A stretch of DNA of 64,000 bases from Steroidobacteraceae bacterium (GCA_035631515.1 DASQIP010000066.1:738-64737), one strand, 5' to 3'. Positions 45,307 through 54,561 are shown, numbered from the stretch's first letter. Notes: generated by a model not told the origin, from the sequence alone. Numbers and translations are program-made.

Positions 45307-46556
45307 ACGCACAGCAACAGATCTGGTCTGCCGTCATTACCGCCACGGTGCTCGGCGTGGTGGCCGCCGGCAGCTGGTGGTACCACTCGCAGCATCCGGG
45401 CGCCGGCGCCGGTGCTGCGGACGTGACCGTGAGCGTCACCAACCCGGATGACATGGGGGCGGGGTCACTGCGGGAGGCGCTGTTCGTGGCCGCCTCCGCC
45501 AGAAGCCGGACCAGCGTGCTGATCGAGACGAGAAGGATTACGCTGAAGACCGCGCTGCCGCCGCTCATGAACCGCTACGGGCTGCGGCTGATCGCGCAGC
45601 CGGCGGGCGCCGAGATCGACGCGCATGCCCTGGCCGGCGGCGCGGTGCTCGATGTCGTCGGGCCCAACGCCTCGATCGAGGGCGTGGTCGTGCGCCATTG
45701 CCCCGGGGCGGCCGTGCTGCTGCGCGCGGCTCACTTTCACATGCGCGCCAGCCTGGTCGACTCCTGCGACGTCGGCGTCGAGATCGCCGCGAATGCGGCG
45801 GATGTGCTGCTCGAAGACAACCGCTTCGTGAATGACGGGGTCGGAGTGCGCTTCGGCGCCGCCAACCCCAACACGGCGGTGGTGCGTAACACCTTCACGC
45901 ACGCCACGGCGGCCGGGCTGTGGGCGGTGCGCGGGGACTCGGGCACGCCGGGCGAGGACGCCATTCATGTGCGCGACAACCGGTTCACCGACGACCATGC
46001 CGGCGTGGTCGCGGGCAACATACCGATCGTCGTCGAGCACAATGAATTCTCCGGCAACGCTCCGGAAGCCGCGGTGCATCTGATCGGCTCGAGCGGTGTG
46101 GTGCGCAACAACCGCATCGCCGGCCCGGCGCCCCTGGGGATCGTCGCGGAAAACGCCCGCGACGCGCTCATCGAGGGCAACGAGCTGCACGGACTGAGCT
46201 CCTACGCCATCATGCTGCGCAGCTCCGCCGGCGCCGTGGCGCGCGCAAATCGCATCGCGGATTGTGCCTCGGGACTCGCGTTCGTTCTCGGCGACCCGGA
46301 GCATCCCGGCAAGGCGATCGGCAATACCATCGTCGATGCCAGGCTCGACGCGATCGACGTCATCGGCGACTCGCCGATCCTCACGGACAACCAGGTGGTA
46401 CGCCCGCGCGCCCTGGCGCTGCGCGTCACGGACTACGCGCAGCCCGGGGGCCGGAATCTGCGCGCACACCCCTCCCTGCAGGGAAACAACTTCCGCGCCA
46501 ACACGGTCGGCACGATGCCGGTCGAGCCCACGACCGCGGCGGTCGGCCGGCCATGA
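45303..46556 (+). CDS. membrane-anchored right-handed parallel beta-helix repeat protein (NosD/CASH-like)
   Basis: N-terminal TM (IWSAVITATVLGVVAAGSWWY), then at least 8 PbH1-like repeats (NRFVNDGVGVRF, VRNTFTHATAAGLWAV, VRDNRFTDDHAGVVAG, VEHNEFSG, VRNNRIAG, IEGNELHG, ARANRIAD, IGNTIVD). GTGA overlap with the upstream stop. Confidence 0.75.
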   Translation: MNAQQQIWSAVITATVLGVVAAGSWWYHSQHPGAGAGAADVTVSVTNPDDMGAGSLREALFVAASARSRTSVLIETRRITLKTALPPLMNRYGLRLIAQPAGAEIDAHALAGGAVLDVVGPNASIEGVVVRHCPGAAVLLRAAHFHMRASLVDSCDVGVEIAANAADVLLEDNRFVNDGVGVRFGAANPNTAVVRNTFTHATAAGLWAVRGDSGTPGEDAIHVRDNRFTDDHAGVVAGNIPIVVEHNEFSGNAPEAAVHLIGSSGVVRNNRIAGPAPLGIVAENARDALIEGNELHGLSSYAIMLRSSAGAVARANRIADCASGLAFVLGDPEHPGKAIGNTIVDARLDAIDVIGDSPILTDNQVVRPRALALRVTDYAQPGGRNLRAHPSLQGNNFRANTVGTMPVEPTTAAVGRP

Positions 46557-47998
46557 CGGACCGCAACCCGACCCAGATCCTGCCGGTTTACAACTGGCTC
46601 GATCCGCGCGCGCATCCGCTCGGGGATACCTGGCTGCTCACCATCTTCGCGATCCTGCTGGCGATCGGCCTGCCGCGCGTCGTCGGCGGTCTCACGATCG
46701 ACTTCGCGGTTTGTGCGCTCGGCCTGCTGACGCTCGGGGTGATTCACGTCGGCTTCGCCGTCGTCGCCGCACGCCTCGGCACCCGGCCGCAGCTGCGCAC
46801 GCGGCTGCTCACCGCCCTGCATCTGCTCGGCGTCCTGACCGTCGCCTTCATCTGGCAGCGGGCCGGAGGACTGCAGAACCCCGTGCTGCTCGCGGTGTTC
46901 GTGCTGCCGGTCATCGGCGCCGTCTTCATCTCGCGCTGGCAGGCGTATGTCACGGCGGCGCTCGCGGTCTTTGCGGTGATGGCGCTCGCCTCGGGACAGG
47001 CGCCGTCGCTGACGGAACCCCACTGGTTCGTGCCGGGCCTGCGGGCGGCGGCCGGCTGGCTGAGCTCCGCAGCCCGGCTGGCGGGTGACGGCGAGCGGCC
47101 GTTCGCCGCCTTCTATGCGCCCGCGGGCTACTACGCCGCGCTGCTGCAGGTATTCGCGGTCGTGTTGTTCGGCTGCGCGGTGGCCGCGGAGTACGTGCGC
47201 ACGGTCTTCGATCGGCTGAACGCCCAGCTGGCCATGGCCCGCAGCGAGACGTTGCGCAGCCGTGGGCTCTGGTCGGCGCTGGTGGAGGAGCTGCCGCTGC
47301 CGGCGGCGCTCGTCGACACCGACACTCACGAAATTCTCTGCGCGAGCGCCCTCGCCGTCGGCGTCTGGGGCGCAGGCGGGGAGGCCATCAACGGGCGGGG
47401 CTTCTTCGAGGTAGTGCGGTTCTCGTACCCGGAAGCGATCGAGGCGCTGATCGACGGGCGCGACGGAGTCGAGCCGCTCAGCATGGTGCGCATGGGCGGG
47501 CAGCTGCTCGCCACCGAGGTGCGTGTACGGCACGTCGCCCAGGATGGGCGCCGCCTCGCGCTCGTTACCGTCAGCGACACGACCGAGGCCTTCTGCGTAC
47601 GAGCGACCCTGGATGCGGCCGAGCACGCGGCGCTGATCGTCAACGCCTCCGGCCGCGTGCTCGCCCTCAACAGACCCGCCCGCGCGGTGTTTCCCGAGGC
47701 ACAGCCCGGCGCGGAAATCTCCAAACTCGCGCCGGAGGCCGGTGGCGGACTGGCCTGGTGGGACCCGGGAATGAGCCGGCGCAAGAAGATGCATCTGACC
47801 GTGGCGCGGCGCGTCTACCAGGTCACGGCTACCGCGGTCGCGCTGCCCGGCGAGGAGGAACGGCTGTACGTAGTCGCGTTCGCGCCGACGTCGACTTTCG
47901 CGGGCTGGGATCGCAGCGGCACGGTGCGCGCGGCGGCCGTCGCCGGCGGGGATCTCGACACCACCATGCTGACCGCCGTGAGGCGGAGGCGAACGTGA
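46553..47998 (+). CDS. polytopic membrane protein with two PAS-like cytoplasmic domains and no output domain
   Basis: About 6 TMs in the first 250 aa, then two PAS-like blocks (LPLPAALVDTDTHEILCAS..., AEHAALIVNASGRVLALNRPA...). No H-box, GGDEF, EAL or HTH recognised. ATGA overlap with the upstream stop. Confidence 0.65.
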   Translation: MTDRNPTQILPVYNWLDPRAHPLGDTWLLTIFAILLAIGLPRVVGGLTIDFAVCALGLLTLGVIHVGFAVVAARLGTRPQLRTRLLTALHLLGVLTVAFIWQRAGGLQNPVLLAVFVLPVIGAVFISRWQAYVTAALAVFAVMALASGQAPSLTEPHWFVPGLRAAAGWLSSAARLAGDGERPFAAFYAPAGYYAALLQVFAVVLFGCAVAAEYVRTVFDRLNAQLAMARSETLRSRGLWSALVEELPLPAALVDTDTHEILCASALAVGVWGAGGEAINGRGFFEVVRFSYPEAIEALIDGRDGVEPLSMVRMGGQLLATEVRVRHVAQDGRRLALVTVSDTTEAFCVRATLDAAEHAALIVNASGRVLALNRPARAVFPEAQPGAEISKLAPEAGGGLAWWDPGMSRRKKMHLTVARRVYQVTATAVALPGEEERLYVVAFAPTSTFAGWDRSGTVRAAAVAGGDLDTTMLTAVRRRRT

Positions 47999-48825
47999 AG
48001 GCGCGGGCGCCGGCGATCGCTTTGATCCTGCTGGCGTGCGCGCGGCAGGCGGCGGTGGCGGACCAGGCGCAGCTGCCGCCCGCGCCGGCCTCCGCCGGCG
48101 AGGATCGCCTGCTCTTCAGCGCGGACGGTGGCTGGCTCACCGGCGGCAGCGGCGCCGGCGGCGCCTCGGCACTGTGGTCGCACACCTTCGCGCCGCGGGA
48201 CGTGATCAACGTGGGCGCCGAGTACGAGCAGGTTGCCAATTCGCATTGGACGAACGGAATTCTCAGCGGCTCCTTCGGGCTGGGGAGCGGCACATCCGCC
48301 CCGGCGATCTACTTCGACGCTCATGAAGGCGCGGGCGATCTGGCGTCGCGCAGTTTCAGGTACTCGGTGGTCACGGTGGGACTGCTCGATGCGCCGACCC
48401 AATGGCTGACCGTGCAGCTGGAGGAGCGGCGCATCGACGTCGACACGAGCCACGGCAACCTGCCGAAGCTCAGTCTGTCGTTCCGCGTGGCGCAGCCGCT
48501 GCTGCTGTCTGCGTCTTATGCGGATTCCGCGGGCGGCAATCTGGGCACGCAGCTCGCTGCTTTACGCGTCGACTACGTCGGACAGGCGTCTACGGCCCTC
48601 GCCGGAGCGGCCCACGGCCGCGCCGCACCGGCCGTTCTCAACCTGCAGGGTCAGATCGTGCAACCCAGCCCGACGCTGACGGAGGTGTTCGCCGGCGCCG
48701 GGCACTCCTTCGGCCGCGCCGACTGGAAGCTGCTCGCGGACTACCAGGACATCGAGGGCTTCAAACGCACCACCATCACGTTGCTGTGCACGCTGCATCT
48801 CGATGAGCACGGTCGCTCGCCATGA
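47995..48825 (+). CDS. small secreted beta-rich protein, candidate outer-membrane beta-barrel (possibly YaiO-like)
   Basis: GTG start in a GTGA overlap. Signal peptide VKARAPAIALILLACARQAAVA, then an alternating-hydrophobicity strand pattern with G/S/D turns. The family assignment is speculative. Confidence 0.45.
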   Translation: MKARAPAIALILLACARQAAVADQAQLPPAPASAGEDRLLFSADGGWLTGGSGAGGASALWSHTFAPRDVINVGAEYEQVANSHWTNGILSGSFGLGSGTSAPAIYFDAHEGAGDLASRSFRYSVVTVGLLDAPTQWLTVQLEERRIDVDTSHGNLPKLSLSFRVAQPLLLSASYADSAGGNLGTQLAALRVDYVGQASTALAGAAHGRAAPAVLNLQGQIVQPSPTLTEVFAGAGHSFGRADWKLLADYQDIEGFKRTTITLLCTLHLDEHGRSP

Positions 48826-51233
48826 AGCTCGACGCGTACAAGGGCTACCCGTCCTGGATTCCGGCCGCCGCGGTCGGGGCCGTGGTAGTGCTCGCCGGCG
48901 CGCGCCTCATCACCCTGAGCGTGCGCGATCACGCCGCGCAGCTGCACAGCGCCGCTCAGGCCGCAGTCCTGCAACAGACGCAGGCGATCGACGTGCAACT
49001 GCAGGCGCTTCTCGAGCGTGCGCGCAGCGAGGCGCGCCGCGCCGCCGGCGCGGTCGCGGAGGGCGTCCCGTCGCGCGATGCCTTCTGGGTTTCGGGCACC
49101 GGCGTCCTGCTGCGCAGTGCAGACCCCGACCCGGCCGTCAGCCGCGCCCTGGCGAGCGAATGGGCAGCCGCGCAGCACGCCGCGCCCCCGGCAGCGGGAC
49201 TCTTCGGCCCGGTCCGCTACGGCAGCCGGTGGTTCGTGGCGGCGCAGCAGCCGGTCGGTCTGCGGCAGTCAGGCGCGGCGCCGGCCGGCGCGCGCGCATT
49301 TGCCTACGAGGGCCTCGATGGGCTGCTGCTGCGGGCCGGGTTCGCGCGGCTCGCCCGCGAGGGCTACGATTTCGAGCTGCGCGAGCACGAGCCGGGCTCA
49401 GGCGTGCGCCGGGTGTTCCTCAGCTCACGCGCCGGGACGCTCGCGGAGCCGGTGACGGGCGCAATCCATCCGCTGGGCGCTGCATCGACTGGGCAGCCCG
49501 CCTATCTGGAGCTGGCCATCCAGCCCCGCGCTGGCTGGTACCCGATCGGGCCGCTAGCCGCCGACATCGCCGTGCTGGTCCTGCTCGCCTGGGCACTCGC
49601 ATTCGGCGCCTACGATCTTGCTTACAGCGTGCGCCGCACCAGGCGCGCGCTCGCGAACGCCCGCGCGCGCCTGAGCGTCGTCCACGCGCGCCTCACGGCG
49701 GAAATCGAGCAGCACGATGCCCTGCAGAAGAATCTCGAGCACGCCCGCTACCACGACCCCTCCACCGGGTTGCCGAATCGCCGCTACTTCATGAGCCAGG
49801 TCGACCGGGCGCTGCGCGATCTGCACGCGCGGCGGCGGCAGCGCCTCGCGATTGCACTCATCGAGATCGACCGCTTCGCGCTCATCAACGATACGCTCGG
49901 CCACACTGCCGGGGATGATCTGGTGCTGCAGGTCGCGCAGCGCTTCGCCAAGGTGCTCGAGTCGAAAGAGCATACGCTGGCGCGCTGGAGCGGCGATCAG
50001 TGCGCGGCCTTGCTCTACGACGTCGATTCCGCCGAGGTACGCGCCATCGCCGCGGCGCTGCACGGCACGCGTCAGCAGCCGCTCTCACTGCGCAAGCACC
50101 GCGTCAAGGTCGCGACGCGCATCGGGTTCACGTCCATCGCACGCAGCCTGCACCGTCCGGAGGAGGCGCTGCGCGAAGCCGACGTCGCCTTGTCGGTGGC
50201 CAAGGGCGAGTCGGGCCTCGACACGGTCGAGTACACCCCGGACATGGGCGGCGCGGCGGTGAGCCTGGTCAGCCTCGAGGCGGATCTGTACCTGGCGCTC
50301 GAGCGCGGGGAATTCGGCCTGCTGTTCCAGCCCATATTCGAGCTGCGCGGACCGCGGGTAGTGGGCTTCGAGGCGCTGCTGCGCTGGCATCATCCCGTGG
50401 AGGGGACACTGACGCCGGATCGGTTCCTCGCCATCGCGGATGAGGCCGGCGTGACCGTGCCCGTTACGCGCTGGATCGTCCAAAGGGTCTGCAGGCTCAT
50501 CGCCGACTGGCGCGCCAGCCTGCGGCGGGACGCCGATTTCTACATCAGCGTCAATCTCTCGGCGGCGGCCCTGCACGACCCGGGATTGTGCGAGCACGTC
50601 GCCCAGGTGCTGCGCGACACGCACGTCCCGCCGGGTTACCTCAAGTTCGAGCTCGCCGAGCGCGGCCTGGTCGAGAACGTGAGCGCCGCGCGTGCGGTGA
50701 CGGCCGGATTCCACGATCTGGGCGTCGAGCTGATGCTGGATGATTTCGGAACCGGCTATTCATCCCTCAGCTATCTGCAGCTGCTGCCGTTCGACTATGT
50801 GAAGATCGATCGGCCGTTCGCCAACCGGACGGGATCGGAGCGCGCCAACAACGCCATTACCGGCGCCGTATTGCAGATGACCTCGAGCCTCGGGCTGCGC
50901 GCCATCGCCGAGGTAGTGGAAAGCGAGGCGGCGGCACGCGCGCTCGGTGAGCTCGGCTGCAACTTTGCGCAGGGCTACTACTTCTCCGAACCGCTCGAAG
51001 CGGCGGACGCCTTCGAGCTCCTGCGGAGCTCTCCGGGCGTGTCGACGGTGGTTACGCCCGGCCCGGGCGCCGCCGCGCCGCGCACCGCCGGCGCGGGGGA
51101 CCAGACGATGGTGATCGAGGACTCGCCCACGCTGGCACTGCCGGACACGCCCACTCTCGTGCTGCAGGCTCCGATCGATCCCGAGATCGCGGTCACGGAA
51201 GAGCAGGACGCCGGCAAGCGCTCGGGAGGCTGA
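48822..51233 (+). CDS. membrane GGDEF-EAL protein with periplasmic sensor domain (degenerate GGDEF, intact EAL)
   Basis: TM1, a ~220-aa periplasmic region and TM2. The GGDEF domain starts at STGLPNRRYF, but the active-site position reads SGDQC (nt 49989-50003). The EAL domain has EALLRW (nt 50370-50378), NLS, ELAE, DDFGTGYSS and KID. ATGA overlap with the upstream stop. Confidence 0.85.
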   Translation: MKLDAYKGYPSWIPAAAVGAVVVLAGARLITLSVRDHAAQLHSAAQAAVLQQTQAIDVQLQALLERARSEARRAAGAVAEGVPSRDAFWVSGTGVLLRSADPDPAVSRALASEWAAAQHAAPPAAGLFGPVRYGSRWFVAAQQPVGLRQSGAAPAGARAFAYEGLDGLLLRAGFARLAREGYDFELREHEPGSGVRRVFLSSRAGTLAEPVTGAIHPLGAASTGQPAYLELAIQPRAGWYPIGPLAADIAVLVLLAWALAFGAYDLAYSVRRTRRALANARARLSVVHARLTAEIEQHDALQKNLEHARYHDPSTGLPNRRYFMSQVDRALRDLHARRRQRLAIALIEIDRFALINDTLGHTAGDDLVLQVAQRFAKVLESKEHTLARWSGDQCAALLYDVDSAEVRAIAAALHGTRQQPLSLRKHRVKVATRIGFTSIARSLHRPEEALREADVALSVAKGESGLDTVEYTPDMGGAAVSLVSLEADLYLALERGEFGLLFQPIFELRGPRVVGFEALLRWHHPVEGTLTPDRFLAIADEAGVTVPVTRWIVQRVCRLIADWRASLRRDADFYISVNLSAAALHDPGLCEHVAQVLRDTHVPPGYLKFELAERGLVENVSAARAVTAGFHDLGVELMLDDFGTGYSSLSYLQLLPFDYVKIDRPFANRTGSERANNAITGAVLQMTSSLGLRAIAEVVESEAAARALGELGCNFAQGYYFSEPLEAADAFELLRSSPGVSTVVTPGPGAAAPRTAGAGDQTMVIEDSPTLALPDTPTLVLQAPIDPEIAVTEEQDAGKRSGG

Positions 51234-51237
51234 GCAT

Positions 51238-52671
51238 ATGAGCGTGAGCGTCAGACGCCCGTGGAACCTGCTGGTGCCCATCGGCGTCTACGCGCTGCTC
51301 GCCGTGTGGATTGCGCTCACCTCGGCCGAGTTCGACGCCGGCAACTTCTCGTTCCTGATCTACGGCGTGGCGAACATCATCGTGTTCACGGACGCGGTGG
51401 ACTTCGGCGTGCGCCTGTACGCGCACCGCCGGCACACCGCGGCTTCGGCGGGCCGGGGCACGGCGGACTGCGGCCTGCTCTCGGTCGATCTGCCGTCTCT
51501 GGGAAGGCCGTTCATCGGCAGAGCGCGCGCCCGTCCTTTCGCGATCGTCGCTTCGATATTCAATCTCGAAGACGGCATCGAGCAATTCATGGCGCGGCTG
51601 GCGCCCTACCGGGAGCACGTCTGGCTCATCAGCGATGGCTCCACCGACCAGACGGTCCAGCGCCTGCACCAGGCGGGTTGGCGCTGCCTGGAGGAGGAGG
51701 TGAATCGCCGCAAGCCGGGCGCGCTGCGGCGGCTGCTGGCGACCCTGCCGGCGCGCATCGAGACCGTCATGGTCATCGACCCGGACGTCAGAATCTGCTC
51801 GCGCCGTGAAGGCAGTGCCGTCGATCTTGAGCGCGTCGTGGCGGACCTGCAGCAGTCCGGCGCGGCGGCGGCGTGCCCGCGCGTCGAGATGGAGCGCGAC
51901 GGGCTGCTCGGGCGATTCCAGGCATTGGAGTACGCGCTGACGTTCGTCGTCGGGCGGCGCAGCATGGCCGACTACGGCGTGACTTCCGGGGTCTCCATTT
52001 ACCGCCGGGACGCGCTCGAGCACGCGCTCGCGCGCCATTCACTGTCGGTCTATGCCGAGGACCTCGAGACCGCGCTCATCCTGCTCAACGACGGCGAGCG
52101 CATCTACTACGACGGCCGCCTGGTGGTGAGCACCGACCGGCCGAACTCGTTTCGCCACTGGTTCTCGCAGCGCGTCGGCTGGTATCACGGACTGCTGCGG
52201 GTCTATACGGAACGCCTCCCCGAGCTGTGGCGGGTCGGCCGGCGCGACCCGTTCGCGATGTACAACTACATCGGCTACCTCGGCGTGCTCGGACTCGGCC
52301 TGCACGCGCTCAAGCTCGTGAGCGCGGCGCTGCTGTCCGTGAGCGTCGCGGCGATCTTCGACAACCTGTTCGTCCTGCACCTGCTGCCCTACGCCGGGAT
52401 GGTCAATCCCGTGTACTTCGTCGGCGCCTCCGTGAGCTATCTCGGGCTCGGCTCGCTCGCGCTGTTCACCGTCGTGCCGCATCGCGACCGCGCCTACATT
52501 GCCCCGATCCTGCCGATCTACTTCATCTACGTACTGCTGCACCTGGTGCCGATCACGCTCGGGTTCGCCAACTGGGTGGCGCTCAAGCTGTGGCACCGCC
52601 GGGTGTTCCGCGATCACTACCAGTCGCACGAGGACGTCCCGAGTCTCTACGGCGCGCTGTATCGGCCATGA
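51238..52671 (+). CDS. membrane-embedded family-2 glycosyltransferase (processive synthase type)
   Basis: Two N-terminal TMs, GT-A domain (ISDGSTDQT, VIDPDV, AEDLE), a Q-R-V-G-W variant of the QxxRW processivity motif (nt 52168-52182), then about 4 C-terminal TMs. Confidence 0.8.
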   Translation: MSVSVRRPWNLLVPIGVYALLAVWIALTSAEFDAGNFSFLIYGVANIIVFTDAVDFGVRLYAHRRHTAASAGRGTADCGLLSVDLPSLGRPFIGRARARPFAIVASIFNLEDGIEQFMARLAPYREHVWLISDGSTDQTVQRLHQAGWRCLEEEVNRRKPGALRRLLATLPARIETVMVIDPDVRICSRREGSAVDLERVVADLQQSGAAAACPRVEMERDGLLGRFQALEYALTFVVGRRSMADYGVTSGVSIYRRDALEHALARHSLSVYAEDLETALILLNDGERIYYDGRLVVSTDRPNSFRHWFSQRVGWYHGLLRVYTERLPELWRVGRRDPFAMYNYIGYLGVLGLGLHALKLVSAALLSVSVAAIFDNLFVLHLLPYAGMVNPVYFVGASVSYLGLGSLALFTVVPHRDRAYIAPILPIYFIYVLLHLVPITLGFANWVALKLWHRRVFRDHYQSHEDVPSLYGALYRP

Positions 52672-53642
52672 TGCTCACGGACTGCCGCGGCTGGCTGCCG
52701 GACGGCAAGCAGGCGGCCGTGTGCTTCAGTATCGACGATGTCCATCCGGCAGGCTCGGCGGATGCGTTCGATGCGGGCGGAGATCTCGGCCGCGGTGCCC
52801 TGGGCCGCGTCGAGCGGCTGCTCGAGCGTCACCCGCGGCTGCGCATCACGATGTTCGTCACGCCCGACTGGCGGCGGGTGGAGCTGGTCAGGACCCGCAA
52901 GTGGTTGACACGCGTTCCGCTGCTGCGTGAGCGCATCCACTGGGCACCCCTCGCGCCCAGAGGGCGTTTTCGCATCGACCGGTTCCCGGACTTCGTCGCC
53001 TACCTGAACGCGCTGCCGCGCACCGATTGCGCCATACATGGCCTGCATCACGCCCACCCGGGGCCGCGGCTCGCCACGGAATTCCAGGGACAGTCGCGCC
53101 GCAGGTGCCGCGCACTGGTGCAGGAGGCCCGGCGGATCTTCGTCGCCGCCGGGCTCAGGCACGTCCCGGGCTTCGCAGCGCCGGCCTGGAATACGCCTCC
53201 CGCGCTCTGTGCGGCCCTCGGCGACGAGGAATTTCGCTTCGTGGCTTCGGCACGTGACCTCGATACCCCGGTGAGCGCCGGGGCGCGCACGGCCGGCCAC
53301 GGGCTGCGCGGCGCCTCGCTCATTCACCCGACCTGGATTGCGGGCGCGCCCGCGCACGAGCCCGCGGCTGCGGCCCGGCGACTGGTGCACTTCACCACGA
53401 ACTTTCAGGCGACTTCGACGCTCGAGCGTGCCCACGCCATCATCGAGGCCGGCGGCCTGCTCTTCATCAAGGCGCACGTCTTCAAGAAGGGTGGCGGGAT
53501 CACCATGCTCGACGGACTCGACGACGACTACTGCGCCTACCTGGAGCGGCTGTGGCGCGAGCTCCATCGCCGCTATGGCGATGCTCTGTGGTGGACCTCG
53601 CTCGATGAGGTAGCGAACCGATGCCGGGCGCTGGCGAACTGA
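52668..53642 (+). CDS. polysaccharide deacetylase-like protein (DUF2334-type)
   Basis: CFSIDDVHP near the N-terminus, TMFVTPDW and HGLHHAH histidine clusters consistent with deacetylase-fold metal sites. No signal peptide. ATGA overlap with the GT2 stop. Confidence 0.55.
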   Translation: MMLTDCRGWLPDGKQAAVCFSIDDVHPAGSADAFDAGGDLGRGALGRVERLLERHPRLRITMFVTPDWRRVELVRTRKWLTRVPLLRERIHWAPLAPRGRFRIDRFPDFVAYLNALPRTDCAIHGLHHAHPGPRLATEFQGQSRRRCRALVQEARRIFVAAGLRHVPGFAAPAWNTPPALCAALGDEEFRFVASARDLDTPVSAGARTAGHGLRGASLIHPTWIAGAPAHEPAAAARRLVHFTTNFQATSTLERAHAIIEAGGLLFIKAHVFKKGGGITMLDGLDDDYCAYLERLWRELHRRYGDALWWTSLDEVANRCRALAN

Positions 53643-54559
53643 GGATTCTCGTCAATCCGGAGGATCGCGAGGCCGAGGTCGGCCCGGCATTTCTGACCCG
53701 GTGTTTCGCCGCCCGCTGGACCGAGGCGATGTACCGCTGGTACCTGCAGCGTCCTTTCGCCGGTGAGCTTCCCGACCGGCTGATATTGACGGAGGGCGGG
53801 CGCGCGGTGGCGGCGTGCGGCGTGGTCTATCGGCAGCTGCGCACCCAGGATGGGGAGGTGCATCGGGTCGGCATCGCACTCGCCGCCGCTACGCTGCCCA
53901 GCGCGCGCGGCCGCGGTTGCTACGCACGCGTGCTGCGGGCGACGGCGGAGCGGAGTGCGGCCCGCGGTTGTGCCGCGCTGCTCGGCTTCGTCACCGCGGA
54001 TAACACCTCGGGGCGGGGGCTCGCGCGCCTCGGGGCCACGGCCATCCCGAGCGCCTACATCGTGTCGCGCGCTCGCTCAGCCGGTCCGCCGGCGGGCCTG
54101 CTGCAGCTGCGGGACGCGCGGGCGGCGGACGACTGGCCGCTGCGCGCTGCGGCGCGCGTGCGCCCACCGGCGGCGCCAGCCGGGTTCCACTACCCCGACG
54201 CGAGTGCCTGGCGCTCGCAGCTGGTGGATCGCCCGGATGGGGTGCAGACACTGCGCATCGGGGCCACGTGCCGTGCCGTGATCGAGCGGGTTGCCGACAC
54301 CGATCGCCTGCAATGGCTCGACGGCGATGGGCGCGAGCGCGTGGCCGCCATCCGTGCCGTCGTGGAGTGCGCACGGCGCCGCGGGCGTAAGTTCTTCATG
54401 TTCTCGACCTGCCCGCACGAGACGGCGGCGGCGCGCCGCCTCGGACTCGCGGCGCATCCCGGATACATGCTGGTCCTGCCGCTGCAACCAGCGTATGCCT
54501 CCGCGGTGCGCGGCTGGGCGGGCATGTCCTGGCGCGTGCAGTCCGGAGACCGGATGTAG
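53621..54559 (+). CDS. GNAT-fold acetyltransferase-like protein
   Basis: 312 aa. Central segment IALAAATLPSARGRGCYARVLRATAERSAARG resembles the GNAT acetyl-CoA-binding Q/R-x-x-G-x-G/A motif. Overlaps the upstream gene by 22 nt. Confidence 0.55.
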   Translation: MPGAGELRILVNPEDREAEVGPAFLTRCFAARWTEAMYRWYLQRPFAGELPDRLILTEGGRAVAACGVVYRQLRTQDGEVHRVGIALAAATLPSARGRGCYARVLRATAERSAARGCAALLGFVTADNTSGRGLARLGATAIPSAYIVSRARSAGPPAGLLQLRDARAADDWPLRAAARVRPPAAPAGFHYPDASAWRSQLVDRPDGVQTLRIGATCRAVIERVADTDRLQWLDGDGRERVAAIRAVVECARRRGRKFFMFSTCPHETAAARRLGLAAHPGYMLVLPLQPAYASAVRGWAGMSWRVQSGDRM

Positions 54560-54561
54560 TC

